The notes under the pieces: model-generated | Told to the model about the DNA's origin: nothing | The model's input: only the letters and a program-made list of their open reading frames with translations | Databases searched by the model: none | Assembly (NCBI GenBank): GCA_963662665.2 | Contig: CAXXJS010000059.1 | Coordinates: 1-32,803 of the forward strand | DNA: 32,803 bases | Source of the DNA: Candidatus Latescibacterota bacterium | Lineage (GTDB): Bacteria; Latescibacterota; UBA2968; GCA-2709665 | Reading direction: 5' to 3' | Shown: piece by piece, positions 1 to 10,600 of the stretch | Numbering within the stretch: position 1 is the first letter of the stretch | Layout of the letters: each line of letters starts with the position of its first letter | Program-made: the position numbers and the translations under genes

Positions 1-301
1 AACTTCGATCCAGTGAACCCATCCGTTAGGATCTTCATGACGTCCGCCTTGGGCAGAAACCGGCGTACTACATCCAGTCTGAAGGAACGAAGTCAAACGC
101 TCCTGAACCCTTTCCGCAACTTCTCTGACCCCAACGATTTCCTGGAATTTATCCACACCAAATGACGATTAGGCCGCCATCGGTGTTTGCGAACGCGCAT
201 ATCGCCTTGCCAATGGCAGACAGGTCGCCAAGCCCGCGTTTGAATTCGGTGTGCCGGTCCTCGCCAAGTTCGACCCGCTCAAGGATATTTAACCAATCCA
301 T
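1..301 (-). pseudogene. Schlafen/AlbA_2-domain protein (5' part, runs off the left edge), with an apparent +1 frameshift at ~160
   Basis: Manual translation from ATG 301 gives MDWLNILERVELGEDRHTEFKRGLGDLSAIGKAICAFANTDGGLIVI, then WCG* (TAA 151-149). Removing one T at ~160 restores GVDKFQEIVGVREVAERVQERL..., open to the window edge. EFK and AFANxxGGxxxIGV are AlbA_2 motifs. Not in the ORF track. Confidence 0.8.
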
Positions 302-313
302 GATTGAACGACC

Positions 314-3088
314 TCAGAAACCGTACTTCAGCCTACGTAGACGAAACGCCTCATCGCCCCCGTCAACGGTTCTGACAATAGCGTCCCTGACGGCCGGTTG
401 TTCGATAGCCCCGGCGCACGCTACGTGGCCTCGGTTCGCCGTCGCCTTGAGTTGAATCACTTGATCCGCGTCGCCATTGACAACGATGTTCGCCTCGTGT
501 GTCGCTACAATGATCTGTCGCCGTCCCTTAAGGCGCTTGAGCGCGGGGAGAACTGTGTCGAACAGAAATCGGTTGTCCAACTCGTCCTCCGGCTGATCGA
601 TGATCAAGGGTCGTTCATCGGTCGTTTTAAGAAGCAGCGAGAGCAGCATGCTCACCCGCTGCCCGCCTGATAGGTCGTTTAGTCGCCGATCACTGCCATC
701 GTCCATCCTGAGTTCCAGGAGGTAATGATCGCTGCAGCGAATAGCGGCAAGTTGTCGTTGTCTTGTCCGGGTGAGTTGCTCGCGGAATGTCTCCTGCACA
801 GCGTCGCTCATTCCTACTTCGTTCATTGTATTATTGCGAAGGTGTTTGAGCAGTTCCGACGGAGAGGTCCTGTCTGTATCCTGCAGTTGGTTCCACCATC
901 GAGTGATTCCCTTCTGACCGAGATTTTTCAGAAAGCGACCGAGAGGTTCATGATTTCCGTCGTCGACGCGACGGGCCGAAATCTGCCCGACGAAGTCCAC
1001 ACGGATAGTCTCGATCACACGGTCAAACACCGCCCTTTGCATCTGAACGAGATCTTGTCTTTCCTTAAGTTGTACCTCGAAAGAGTAATTTACGGTCGAA
1101 CGCTTCTTACGCACCTGATCGAGATTCGCGCTGTAGCTCTCCAATAGCGATGCTTGGCGATTCAGCGCCTTGAATTCCTCGATTCGCGCCCCGTCAAGTC
1201 CGTGGGCGGCAAGCGCGCGATCCACTTCAATGCGGACGTTTTGCTCCTGGACTTCCAACTCGTTGACAATTGATTGTTTTCTTGCATTCCATGCTTCTAG
1301 TTGCGATTTCGCATCTAAAAGGTACTCTCGGATTCGGTTCCATTCATTCTCCATATTTTCGCAGGATACATCAGCTTTCATACCTTGCAAGACGGTGGCG
1401 AGTCGTTCGTCGATCTCAGGTACTTCAAAGGCTTCCACCGAATTCAGTAGGCGATTCAGTTCGACTTCGAGTTCAGTGGAAATCTCAGCAGCTTCCTGCC
1501 ACCGACGAAGATCGCGGGAGGCTTGGTGCAACTTCTCAACGCCGGCTTGTGAGAATGCCGCGAGTTGCGCAGAGGCTTTTTCCGCCCGTTCGAAAGCCTG
1601 CTCAGCTTCAGTTAGGTCCTCGTCCAATTTCGCCAAGTGCTTTGTTGCATTACTGAGTTCATTGTCTAACGCGATCAACTTTGATTGACGCGCTTGAATG
1701 CCGTCGATCTCTTCCGGCACTAGCCGGGCGAGCAACTCTTCAACTGCTTCTGGTTCTTGGGCAAGCCTTTGCAGCTCATTTTGCGCATAGAAAACCGCTG
1801 GCCACCGCTCGTGGTGTGAAGCGGTAGGATCTTGTCCTGGGCATTCAAGACAGACTTCGGGCGAACCCCCGAGGAAGCGCTGCCTTCCACGGGCCTCGAC
1901 CTGCTGACAGATTCCGGCGTCCTGGGGTAGCGGTGCATTGATGTAAAGCCGCAGTCCGTCAAGAAACGTGCTCTTGCCAGTCATGCTACCGCCAATGATG
2001 CAAGTCAGGTCAGGGCTGAGATCGAAGCGGGTTTTCGGTTTGTGCTTTTCGGTTGCGGCGAAAAATGAAGCCCCTCCTGAGATGGTGACGGATTTGAGCC
2101 AGGGGCGTTCATTCACCGTTACGTCTGGAGGGTTCGCAATCTCGTTAAGAGCCCCGTTTCCATCCCGTACGTATCCAATGCGTATACGCGAGTCACTCGC
2201 GATAAAGGTTTGACGTAGCGCCTCGATTCTTGGGCTCGCTAGTTTTATCCAGGTGTGACGGTTCCCGATTTCGCCCACCGAATAGGCGTCGCTGGCGTGG
2301 AAGAAAGCCTGATTATTAACCTCCATCCCTTCCGGCAGCCAATCGCGGCTTTCCACGGTATCTTCTGGCAGTTTGTCATCGCCAAGCTCCAACCCTGCTA
2401 CTTCTGTGTGTTGGAAGAGTTGCAGTACTTGAGCCTTTTGTGCTTCTAGTAGCCCTTTTTCCGAGTCGATATGTGGGGCCAAGACAATGTACTGCCACCG
2501 ATTCCGCCCGTTTCGATTTGCAGGACACACTCGATCATGAAAACCCCTAAGTTCGTGAAATGCATCCTCTGCACCCTTGTTAGACAACTGTAGCTCATTG
2601 TTCTCATCCCAAGGGGTGACGCCGCCCATGACTAGATCGAATGCCTTGAGATAATTTTCTCGCCCGATTTCGGGATCAAAAAGAAACAGCAAGTGAAGTC
2701 CGCTTTTACCCTGCTTGAGAGACGGTTCGAAACCGGGAAATACTGCGTATAGTTTCTCTCTAAACGGAACCCCGTCACCGTCCTTGCCATGATTCCATTC
2801 CTCGACAATTTTCCAGACGGCGCTGGTCTCCGCAGTGACTCCGCCACGTGGAGAATGGGGTGTAAGACCCAAAACGCGGACACCGCTCTCGATCGCTTTT
2901 TCCAGAAATTTCCGGGCATACTTCTTGATTGTCTCCTCTGAGTGGGGTGGACCGTTGATCCCAGCTGGGATTTTTGCCCTCCCACCTGTAAAATCGTCAA
3001 TCGTATGTATGTGCAAGTCGGCCTTGAACCATCGCGCGCCTGGTACCTCCTGGTGCCAGTTATCAGCCTTTTCACGCGTAAACGTCAT
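314..3088 (-). CDS. PHP-domain / SMC-like ABC ATPase fusion (Ppl/TrlF-like putative anti-phage protein)
   Basis: N-terminal PHP motifs (WFKADLHIHT, HLLFLF, APHI, SDAY), Walker A GGSMTGKST, long coiled coil, signature LSGGQ, Walker B/D-loop LIIDQPEDELDN, H-loop ATHEAN. Start moved to ATG 3088 (GGAG SD). Confidence 0.85.
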   Translation of the reverse strand: MTFTREKADNWHQEVPGARWFKADLHIHTIDDFTGGRAKIPAGINGPPHSEETIKKYARKFLEKAIESGVRVLGLTPHSPRGGVTAETSAVWKIVEEWNHGKDGDGVPFREKLYAVFPGFEPSLKQGKSGLHLLFLFDPEIGRENYLKAFDLVMGGVTPWDENNELQLSNKGAEDAFHELRGFHDRVCPANRNGRNRWQYIVLAPHIDSEKGLLEAQKAQVLQLFQHTEVAGLELGDDKLPEDTVESRDWLPEGMEVNNQAFFHASDAYSVGEIGNRHTWIKLASPRIEALRQTFIASDSRIRIGYVRDGNGALNEIANPPDVTVNERPWLKSVTISGGASFFAATEKHKPKTRFDLSPDLTCIIGGSMTGKSTFLDGLRLYINAPLPQDAGICQQVEARGRQRFLGGSPEVCLECPGQDPTASHHERWPAVFYAQNELQRLAQEPEAVEELLARLVPEEIDGIQARQSKLIALDNELSNATKHLAKLDEDLTEAEQAFERAEKASAQLAAFSQAGVEKLHQASRDLRRWQEAAEISTELEVELNRLLNSVEAFEVPEIDERLATVLQGMKADVSCENMENEWNRIREYLLDAKSQLEAWNARKQSIVNELEVQEQNVRIEVDRALAAHGLDGARIEEFKALNRQASLLESYSANLDQVRKKRSTVNYSFEVQLKERQDLVQMQRAVFDRVIETIRVDFVGQISARRVDDGNHEPLGRFLKNLGQKGITRWWNQLQDTDRTSPSELLKHLRNNTMNEVGMSDAVQETFREQLTRTRQRQLAAIRCSDHYLLELRMDDGSDRRLNDLSGGQRVSMLLSLLLKTTDERPLIIDQPEDELDNRFLFDTVLPALKRLKGRRQIIVATHEANIVVNGDADQVIQLKATANRGHVACAGAIEQPAVRDAIVRTVDGGDEAFRLRRLKYGF

Positions 3089-3228
3089 TGATGTTCTCCG
3101 AGCAAGTATTCCGAATGTTAACGGCATCCTATAATGGAGCAACTTGGAGATCAGATGCTAATTTCGTGGACGCGCCAGGCGATCTTTTACGCCTCTTTCA
3201 ACCAAGTAATATACAGTACAGTTACACT

Positions 3229-6096
3229 TCACACCCGAAACACCTTCATCACCTCGTCGCCGAGGTGGTTGATTACCTTCACTGCGATCCGGCCGGACTT
3301 TGGTTTTGTGAATGGCCGGGATGTGTCGCTATGGAGCGTTTCCCAGGCTTCCTGATTGATTTCGGCTTTGAGGGTGGTCTTGAGGGATTTATAGGGGTTG
3401 TTTGCGCCGAGGAAGTAGGCGTGGCGGACGAAAAAGCTCTCCTGGTTGTAGTCGGTATCCACGAACCAGCAGGCGATTCCATCAGCGTTGTCGCTGCGGA
3501 TCTCGCCGGTGTTGGGGTGGAAAACATCAACTCCGTTTACTCTTACCTGAATCTGTCCGTCTTCCGCTTCAAGGATATCTATATCGGGTTCGCCGAAAAT
3601 GACGAAAAGGTTACCCTTTCCGGTATTCTTAAGGTCTTCCGCCATATGGAGATCGGCATTCATGCGGGCCTTCAGGATCGGGACGCGGCCTACACTGTTG
3701 AAGTCTGAGGCGTGGGCATCATAGTTGAAGGCACAGGCGATCAGCACGTCGAAATCAGCGTCGGCTGCCTCACGAGCGGCCTCTACGAGATCCGGACGTG
3801 AGACGGTCCCGAATTCCGGTCCGATGAAAATTCCCGCACGTTTTTCGGAGCCGTTACCGGACGTCCCTTCAGCGTAGGATCCTTCGGCGCAAACGAGATT
3901 GCCGGGCCAGGGTCTCATTCCGGAAAACGATATTCGGTCCTCCTTATGCGCCTGTTGAACACCCGCGTTTTTGAGGTTATCGAGGATAATATCTGCGAAG
4001 TCTTGTTTCTCACCGTAGCCGAGTTTCGCCTCAGCGACGTTATCGATCAGCGAGTCATCTTCATCGACACCAAGTAGCCGGTGCGGCGACAGACTTTCAA
4101 CAGTGAAGGGGCCCGCGACGCGGACCTTTTTCTTGTCTTCGTAGGGCTTGTCGTAGAGGTACTCGTAGTCGGCCTTGGCGGCAATGCTCGCGTCGATTTC
4201 GCGCTGGCGCGTGACCCTCGCCGTCCAGAATTGTTCGTGCAGCGGCTTGGCGGCAGCGGACCACTCGTCGGGAAATTCGCGCGGAACCTCCCATTCGGCG
4301 AGGGAGTGGCGAGAGGAAAGTGACGAGCGGCTGGCTTTCCTGCTCTCCACTTTCCACTCTTCGCTAACCACCTCATCCAGTTTTGTAAGCAGCGTTTGAA
4401 TCGTATCCTGCCAATTTTCCCAGATTTCGTCGATTTCGGCGTTGTTGGCGATGGACTTGAGGGTGATGTGGGGGACGCGCTCGTACACGAAGCCTTGGCG
4501 GATGTCGTTGTACGTGGGCGCTTCTGAGGGGGCTTTGCGGGCGAGTGCGGCTTCTTTAATTTGGCCGTCGCGGCTGTCGGCGAGCAAGTAGTAGGGATAG
4601 CGTGCGCCCATGACGCGGGCGCGGGCCAGCGCGAGGGCGACGCGGGAGGTGTCGATGGTGATCCAGCGGCGGCCCCACTGCTCGGCTACGTACGCGGTGG
4701 TGCCGGAGCCGCAGGTGGGGTCGAGGACGAGGTCGCCGGGGTCGGTGGTCATTAGGATGCAGCGTGCGATTGCACGACTATCGGTTTGGACCACGTACAC
4801 CTTATCGTCTCCAACGAACCCGCCAACTCCAGTATCCTGCCAGAGGTTTGCCATCGGAATGATCGAATTGTCGGCTATGAAGCGGACCATTCGTAAACGC
4901 GTTCCCTTCATCGCAAAACGGTCAGCCTTAGCTAGGCGTTTCATTCCCTCTGGCGTAGTCTTCCAGTGAGAATTCGGCGCACAAGGTATGTCCCTGCCCT
5001 GGAAATGGAATGAATTAGACGAGGTTGATGATAGCCCCGCTGAAGTCAGTGGATTTCGTGCGAAGACCGCGCTTCCTTCCGGCAGTTGAACGGCTCGTTC
5101 TCTCTCGTCTTTAGTCAGTTGCCTGTGGGTCCCATCTTGTAACTGGATGCTATCGAAGAATTGAGAATCAGAATTCTCAAATGTTCTCTTCCCGTATATC
5201 TGTCTGATCTTGATATCTTTCGATTTGGAATACCACAGAATATGGTCGAATACGTTCGACAAGATATTGGATGCATCAAAAGCATTTTTCTTGAACCAGA
5301 TCGAACTTACAAAATTATCCTCACCAAACACCTCGTCCATCAACGCCCGCACTCGATGCACATTCTCATCCCCAATTTGAACGAATACCGACCCGCTCTC
5401 CGTCAACAAATCCCGCGCAACCGTCAGCCGATCCCGCAAATACGTCAGATACGAATGAACCCCGTCCCGCCACGTATCCCGAAACGCCTTCACCTGCTCC
5501 GGTTCGCGAGTGATGTGATCGGCCTTGCCGTCCTTGACGTCGCGGCTAGTCGTTGACCACTGGAAGTTGGAATTGAACTTGATGCCGTACGGAGGGTCGA
5601 TGTAGATGCACTGCACCTTGCCGCGCAGGCCCTCCCGCTCCGCCAGCGACGCCATCACCTGCAAGCTATCCCCGAGAATCATCCGATTCGACCAATTGGC
5701 GTCGTGCTGGTAGAATTCCGTCTGGGCGTCCGCGCTTGGTAGCCCGTTGAAATCCGCGAACAGGTCGGCCTGTGATTCGCCGTCGCTTCCCTTGTCCGCC
5801 TCCGTCTCCTTGCTCCGCTGCCGCAAGTCGTCGATCAAGACCTTAGGTTGAACCTTTTCCTGGATAAAAAGTGGCGGCGCCTGCACGACCAGGTCCGATG
5901 AGTTTTGCTCATCCTTTCCCCTCCAGACAAGCTGCGGGTCCAGATCCCGGTTGCGGCGCTCGTACGCGACCTCAATCGGATCCCGATCATCCTTCGCCAT
6001 CACCGCCTGATACTCGGCCGTGGGAATATTCTTCCGCGATGCGTCATGGTGCCGAATGGTTTCGACTTGCTTTAGCTTTCTCCTTGGTCGTGCCAT
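3229..6096 (-). CDS. mod: Type III-like restriction-modification DNA N6-adenine methyltransferase (Mod)
   Basis: Catalytic YIDPPYG precedes SAM-binding VLDPTCGSGTT (beta-class order), with a variable TRD between them and a long C-terminal extension ending RIAVKVINHLGDEVMKVFRV. Start at ATG 6096 (GAGGAG SD). Confidence 0.92.
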   Translation of the reverse strand: MARPRRKLKQVETIRHHDASRKNIPTAEYQAVMAKDDRDPIEVAYERRNRDLDPQLVWRGKDEQNSSDLVVQAPPLFIQEKVQPKVLIDDLRQRSKETEADKGSDGESQADLFADFNGLPSADAQTEFYQHDANWSNRMILGDSLQVMASLAEREGLRGKVQCIYIDPPYGIKFNSNFQWSTTSRDVKDGKADHITREPEQVKAFRDTWRDGVHSYLTYLRDRLTVARDLLTESGSVFVQIGDENVHRVRALMDEVFGEDNFVSSIWFKKNAFDASNILSNVFDHILWYSKSKDIKIRQIYGKRTFENSDSQFFDSIQLQDGTHRQLTKDERERAVQLPEGSAVFARNPLTSAGLSSTSSNSFHFQGRDIPCAPNSHWKTTPEGMKRLAKADRFAMKGTRLRMVRFIADNSIIPMANLWQDTGVGGFVGDDKVYVVQTDSRAIARCILMTTDPGDLVLDPTCGSGTTAYVAEQWGRRWITIDTSRVALALARARVMGARYPYYLLADSRDGQIKEAALARKAPSEAPTYNDIRQGFVYERVPHITLKSIANNAEIDEIWENWQDTIQTLLTKLDEVVSEEWKVESRKASRSSLSSRHSLAEWEVPREFPDEWSAAAKPLHEQFWTARVTRQREIDASIAAKADYEYLYDKPYEDKKKVRVAGPFTVESLSPHRLLGVDEDDSLIDNVAEAKLGYGEKQDFADIILDNLKNAGVQQAHKEDRISFSGMRPWPGNLVCAEGSYAEGTSGNGSEKRAGIFIGPEFGTVSRPDLVEAAREAADADFDVLIACAFNYDAHASDFNSVGRVPILKARMNADLHMAEDLKNTGKGNLFVIFGEPDIDILEAEDGQIQVRVNGVDVFHPNTGEIRSDNADGIACWFVDTDYNQESFFVRHAYFLGANNPYKSLKTTLKAEINQEAWETLHSDTSRPFTKPKSGRIAVKVINHLGDEVMKVFRV
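4297..4365. repeat. Imperfect inverted repeat of ~7-nt units inside mod
   Basis: Left arm GGCGAGGG-AGTGGCG-AGAGGAA-AGTGACG is roughly mirrored by CTTTCCT-GCTCTCC-ACTTTCC-ACTCTTCGCT. It encodes the low-complexity stretch SEEWKVESRKASRSSLSSRHSLA. Confidence 0.5.
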
Positions 6097-6342
6097 AGGA
6101 AGTTTCGCTCCTCGACGTTTCAATTGACCGTCGTGACGGCATCTCGTCGGTCTAACTCCAATACCTCCCACATGTAGAAGAAAGGCTGTGCAGCTACGTA
6201 TCCCACGGACGATCTAAGCTACATACGTCCAGAATATGCTTCATCCAACAGATTCATCATCCACCTCTAATCGTCAGACTTGCCAGTGGATTATGTTCTT
6301 GCAGCATTCTTTTCGGTATATGGTGTGCCCGCCCTGGAATTA

Positions 6343-7122
6343 TTACGCCGCGACACGCTTCAAGACCTTTCGGTGGAAATCTTCTCGCGATGCCAGTGAT
6401 GAAATCATGTCACCACCGACATCGGAGAGTCTCGCCAAATCCCGCCGAGGAATCTCCGACTGATCTTCGAATACGAGGATGGACTCGAAGCGGAGACTAT
6501 GTCGGTGGAAATGAGACAACATTATTGTTGTCAGGCGCGCCTTGTCGCGGTTCGGCACACCGTAGAGGAAAAGCGGAAGTTCGTCCTTACCCTCAATGCG
6601 GTAGTCCACTGGATAGACTTCAGCGTTTGGCACTTCTGGTTGGTAGTCCCGTACAATCTTGCCTTCGTCGACCAAGCTGAAGAGGAGATCCCCCAAGTCG
6701 TCATAGAACGTGGACCCAACGTTTGAGCGGGACAGTAGAGTAAGGTCGTAGACCCTGGTGAGCGCCTGTCCGAAGGCGAAAATAGCCTGCGGTAGTCGCT
6801 CTGGAGACGTGTCGAGGCATAAAGCGCCGCCATCCCATTGTAACCCGGTCTCACCCATAATGCGCTCAAGTAGCATTCCACGGGTTCCGTCCAGAAACGC
6901 GTCCACATCGTGCTCATAGCTAATATGCATCAGGGTGTGCCCCTTATCCGACAACCGAAGCCCACCCGCTTTGGCGTCGCCAAGGTGGATCTGAAAGCGG
7001 TCCCCGTCGGGAAACTCGAAACGTGTGTGCAGCATCAGCGCACCATCGGGACGCTCTTCGACTCCCACGTCTTCGCAGAGACGCTCGCATAGCAGCGTTC
7101 GAAGCATGTCGAGTTGAATCAT
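6343..7122 (-). CDS. DUF1828-like domain protein
   Basis: N-terminal TRFEFPDGDRFQIHL...LRLSDKGHTL pattern resembles DUF1828. The C-terminal YPVDYRIE...LFLYGV region could be a PD-(D/E)xK-like fold. ATGA overlap with the upstream gene at 7119-7122. Confidence 0.7.
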   Translation of the reverse strand: MIQLDMLRTLLCERLCEDVGVEERPDGALMLHTRFEFPDGDRFQIHLGDAKAGGLRLSDKGHTLMHISYEHDVDAFLDGTRGMLLERIMGETGLQWDGGALCLDTSPERLPQAIFAFGQALTRVYDLTLLSRSNVGSTFYDDLGDLLFSLVDEGKIVRDYQPEVPNAEVYPVDYRIEGKDELPLFLYGVPNRDKARLTTIMLSHFHRHSLRFESILVFEDQSEIPRRDLARLSDVGGDMISSLASREDFHRKVLKRVAA

Positions 7123-7598
7123 AAATCTATCCTCAGCTGACTATCGCGTTGCAAAGTGAGTCCGGTCAAGTTGAAGTCGTCCAGGAGGCAGGACAAAGCA
7201 TCTTCAAGCGTAACGAATCTATTCGACTCTTCCGCGCCGGATTCGGGCTTCTTGCCAGCCGCGATCGCCTGTGCCGCCGCACGATGAATGTGCGGACGAT
7301 AAGGGATATCACCGTGGACGTGGCTTGGACCATTGTATCGAGCTAACGTCAACGGTGGACCGCCTGGGGGGAGATATGATATGCCACAGGAAAAATCGCT
7401 ATCGTCGCGCAAATTCTGACGTGGGCAAACTGAGAAACGCATTTCTTCGTCATCACTTCCTGATGCTTCAAAGTTCCGTTGGCGGTGTACCGGTCTATGC
7501 TTGGGTTTTTCCAACCATCGTGCCATTGGGTTGTTTATCCGTTTGGGCATTTCGCGAAAACCGCTGATCTCTTCGTCCGAATAAAGCTTCGTATCCAT
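7119..7598 (-). CDS. Hypothetical His-motif protein (DUF6978-like)
   Basis: 159 aa with the motif LARYNGPSHVHG...PHIH. Translationally coupled to the DUF1828-like gene. Confidence 0.6.
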   Translation of the reverse strand: MDTKLYSDEEISGFREMPKRINNPMARWLEKPKHRPVHRQRNFEASGSDDEEMRFSVCPRQNLRDDSDFSCGISYLPPGGPPLTLARYNGPSHVHGDIPYRPHIHRAAAQAIAAGKKPESGAEESNRFVTLEDALSCLLDDFNLTGLTLQRDSQLRIDL

Positions 7599-7660
7599 GC
7601 GGATTTCCCTACTATTACTTAATCAAAAGCGAGCACGTTTTGTTCTATCCCACCGATCCA

Positions 7661-10600
7661 TTATGACAATCCTACTCTTATCCTCGGTTCGAACCGCCGG
7701 ATCATCTCGTCAAAGGCCGCTTCCACTTTGGACTCAAAGTCGGCTTGCATCTCATATACGTCGGTGAACTCAGCGAAAGCCCAGCGCCCATAATTCTCAT
7801 GGTTGTTCACTCCCGGCACCCAGTACGTTTCTATTGTATCTTTCTTCGCCTTTGCGTCTTCCCCTCTATAACCCTTAATCTCCACGATGAGATGCAGGAG
7901 ATCGTCCTCTCCTCGTCCGTCGTCAACGAGGACGATAAAGTCAGGGATATATGCCCGCGTTGTGGAACCGTACCGGTACGGCACCTCGAACCCGAGATTG
8001 TGGTTCTTGACATACGCCTTTACGTGGGCATGGGATTCAGCGACCCGGCAGAACTCGGCTTCCCAATCGCTGTCCAGGACCACCCAATTGACGTGACAGC
8101 GACGCGAGTCGGTTTCGTAACGGCTGGTCCTGGTGGTATTGAAACTAACCTGGGCCGTTGATCCAACCGGATTGTAAGGATCGAGAACGGCCTTGACCGG
8201 ACGACCACCGATTTCGGCGCGTGTGATGGCGGCCGTGATGCGTTCACAGGCCATATCTGCAAGTTCCTGGTACATCAATTGCGCTGGATACGTGCTTCCC
8301 TTACAGGTAAGGCAGGTATCGAGCCACTTTCGAGTAATGCTCTTGAGCTGTCCGAAAAGATGGAGCTTCGGATCCTCGCCCGGGTCCCGCCATTTCGTAT
8401 ACAGCAGCCGCTGGGTGAGGTAGAACAGAAGCGTGGATTGACGAATGTCATTCGTATGAACCAGATTCAGGTCCACCCCTTCTCCGATAATCCCCTGGTT
8501 TGTGGTGATGGACGGTCCGATTATATCCGGAGTCAATTCCAGAACCGAGTCCTCATTGAACTCAGCGGTAAGCCGTTCCTCCGGTAGCTCGACGCGATAC
8601 CCTGCGACCCGCGGGAAACGAATTTCAAGCGCGTCCCTTTCAGGCCGCATGGCCCTGACGTGGACGGTCTCTCGAGGCGGCGGCGGCGCGACAACCACGG
8701 GTTTCGCGGTAAAATCGAACGGTATTCCCAGAACATCAGCATACTCGACATCGAACAGACCCTTGTCGTTGAGTTCGTAGGACTGCCGGCGCAACGCACG
8801 ACCGACAACCTGCTCACAAAGAAGTTGGGTTCCGAACGCCCGAACGCCCAATACGTGGCTGACATTGTTTGCATCCCAACCCTCGGTGAGCATTGATACC
8901 GAAACCACACAACGAATTGAATCCCCCAGTCTACCGGGTTTGCCAACAGTATTCATGACTTCGCGAAGGAGTTCCTGGTCGCTGATCTTTTCGGCTTTTT
9001 GTGGATCGCCTGTTCGTTCAATGATTTCACGTCGAAAACGTTCAATTTCATCGGCAGCCATCTTTCGGAAATTCCGGTCAAGTGCATCACCGGACTCCAA
9101 CTGTTCGCTATCGATCAGTAGGGTACGAGGCCGCGCAAATTGGTTGCCGTACTCATCGAAGTTGCGAAACAACTCCAGGCGTCCGTTCTCGAACGTGGTC
9201 GAACCGTCATCGTTTTCACGATGGAAGCCAGAGATGTAGTCATACACCAACTTGGACGTCGACGTGTTGTTGCATACAACAATGAAGCACGGCGGAACTG
9301 TGATCCCTGCCTGGTCCATTACATCGAAGGTCTTGCTATAATGCCCATAAAGCGCCTCCAGTGCCGTCTGGAGCTCAACTGGAAGACTCAAAGGATCGAG
9401 ATTTTTGTTCTTGCCCCGACCCCTCTTCGGCATTGTGGGACGAATGTGTTCCCATAGATTGCGGAACTTGGGCATATCCCCGCCGGGGATGTTATCTGCG
9501 ACCGGCACGCGGGGCAGTTTGACGATGCCACATTCGATGGCGTCCATGAGGGAAAAGTCGCACATCGTCCAGGGGAATAGCGTCCCTTCGGCGTATCCGG
9601 AACCACGGAGAAAGAACGGCGTTGCAGAAAGATCCATCACCCGGTTGATGCCAAGCTTGTCGCCAACCGTCTCCAGACCTGAAATCCACAGCCGCGCGGC
9701 TTCCGTGTTCTTCTCCGCCTCCTTCCGTTCGTCCCCTTTGAGTGTACCTTCCTCCCCTTCTCCTGGCTTTTCACGATAGCAGTGATGCGCCTCATCGTTG
9801 AGGACCATGATGTTCTTGGTTCCCATAAGTTCGGGCAAAACCCGTTGGAGCATTTGTCCCTCTGTTTCCAACGTCGAAAGCGTGTCGCCCCGCCCCTGAA
9901 GCAAGGAACGGCCGCCTTTGGAAAGCTCCATACGTTCGCGCAGTTTGAAGGCGTGGTAGTTCGTAATGACAATCCTGGCCTTTTCCAGGTCAGGCAGCAT
10001 GTCGTTAGGAACCAGTTCGCGTTGCTGATAATAACTGTCAGGATCATTGGGTTGAAGAACGCGCAATCGGTCCTTGATGGTGATTCCGGGCGTAACAACA
10101 AGGAATCCTGTCGTGAATCTGCTACTTTGGGGACGGCGAACCGCGTTAACGGTTTGCCACACGATCAACATCGCCATGACAGTTGTCTTGCCGGCCCCGG
10201 TTGCCAACTTAAGCGCCAGCCGCTGCAAACCAGTATTCACTTCGATATTGGCACTGGCCAAATGGTCGAGAAATCTCCTACCGGTAGCTCCGGCTTGAGG
10301 TGCAACCTCTGTCAGCCAAATGACCGTCTCCACTGCTTCGACCTGGCAGAAGAAAGGCCGAATGTCATTGAACCGATGCCGCCGCCAGTGCTGGAGCAGT
10401 CGTGCCGTTTCAGGCGACACCCGCCACTGTTTCGGATGTGGCAACTTCCGCCATCTGTCGACCTGAATGCGAACGCCGTTGATGATTTCCGTCAGGTCAT
10501 ATTTCTGACCTTCCGTTCCGAGCTTGCTGGCTGCCTCGTCGAAAACAATCGACGATTGCTCTAAAGGTGAACCCTTTTGCTTTCTCGGTTTCGGAATCGG

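Noticed and set aside
3089-3142. ORF-track N-terminal extensions (3142, 6171, 11801, 13106, 17274, 18032, 24516, 25397, 26287, 29718)
   Set aside because: Downstream ATGs have better SD sequences, stop/start overlaps, signal peptides or family-typical N-termini.
6219-6260. Tiny minus-strand ORF MMNLLDEAYSGRM* with GAGGTG upstream
   Set aside because: SD spacing is poor, and there is no motif or other support.
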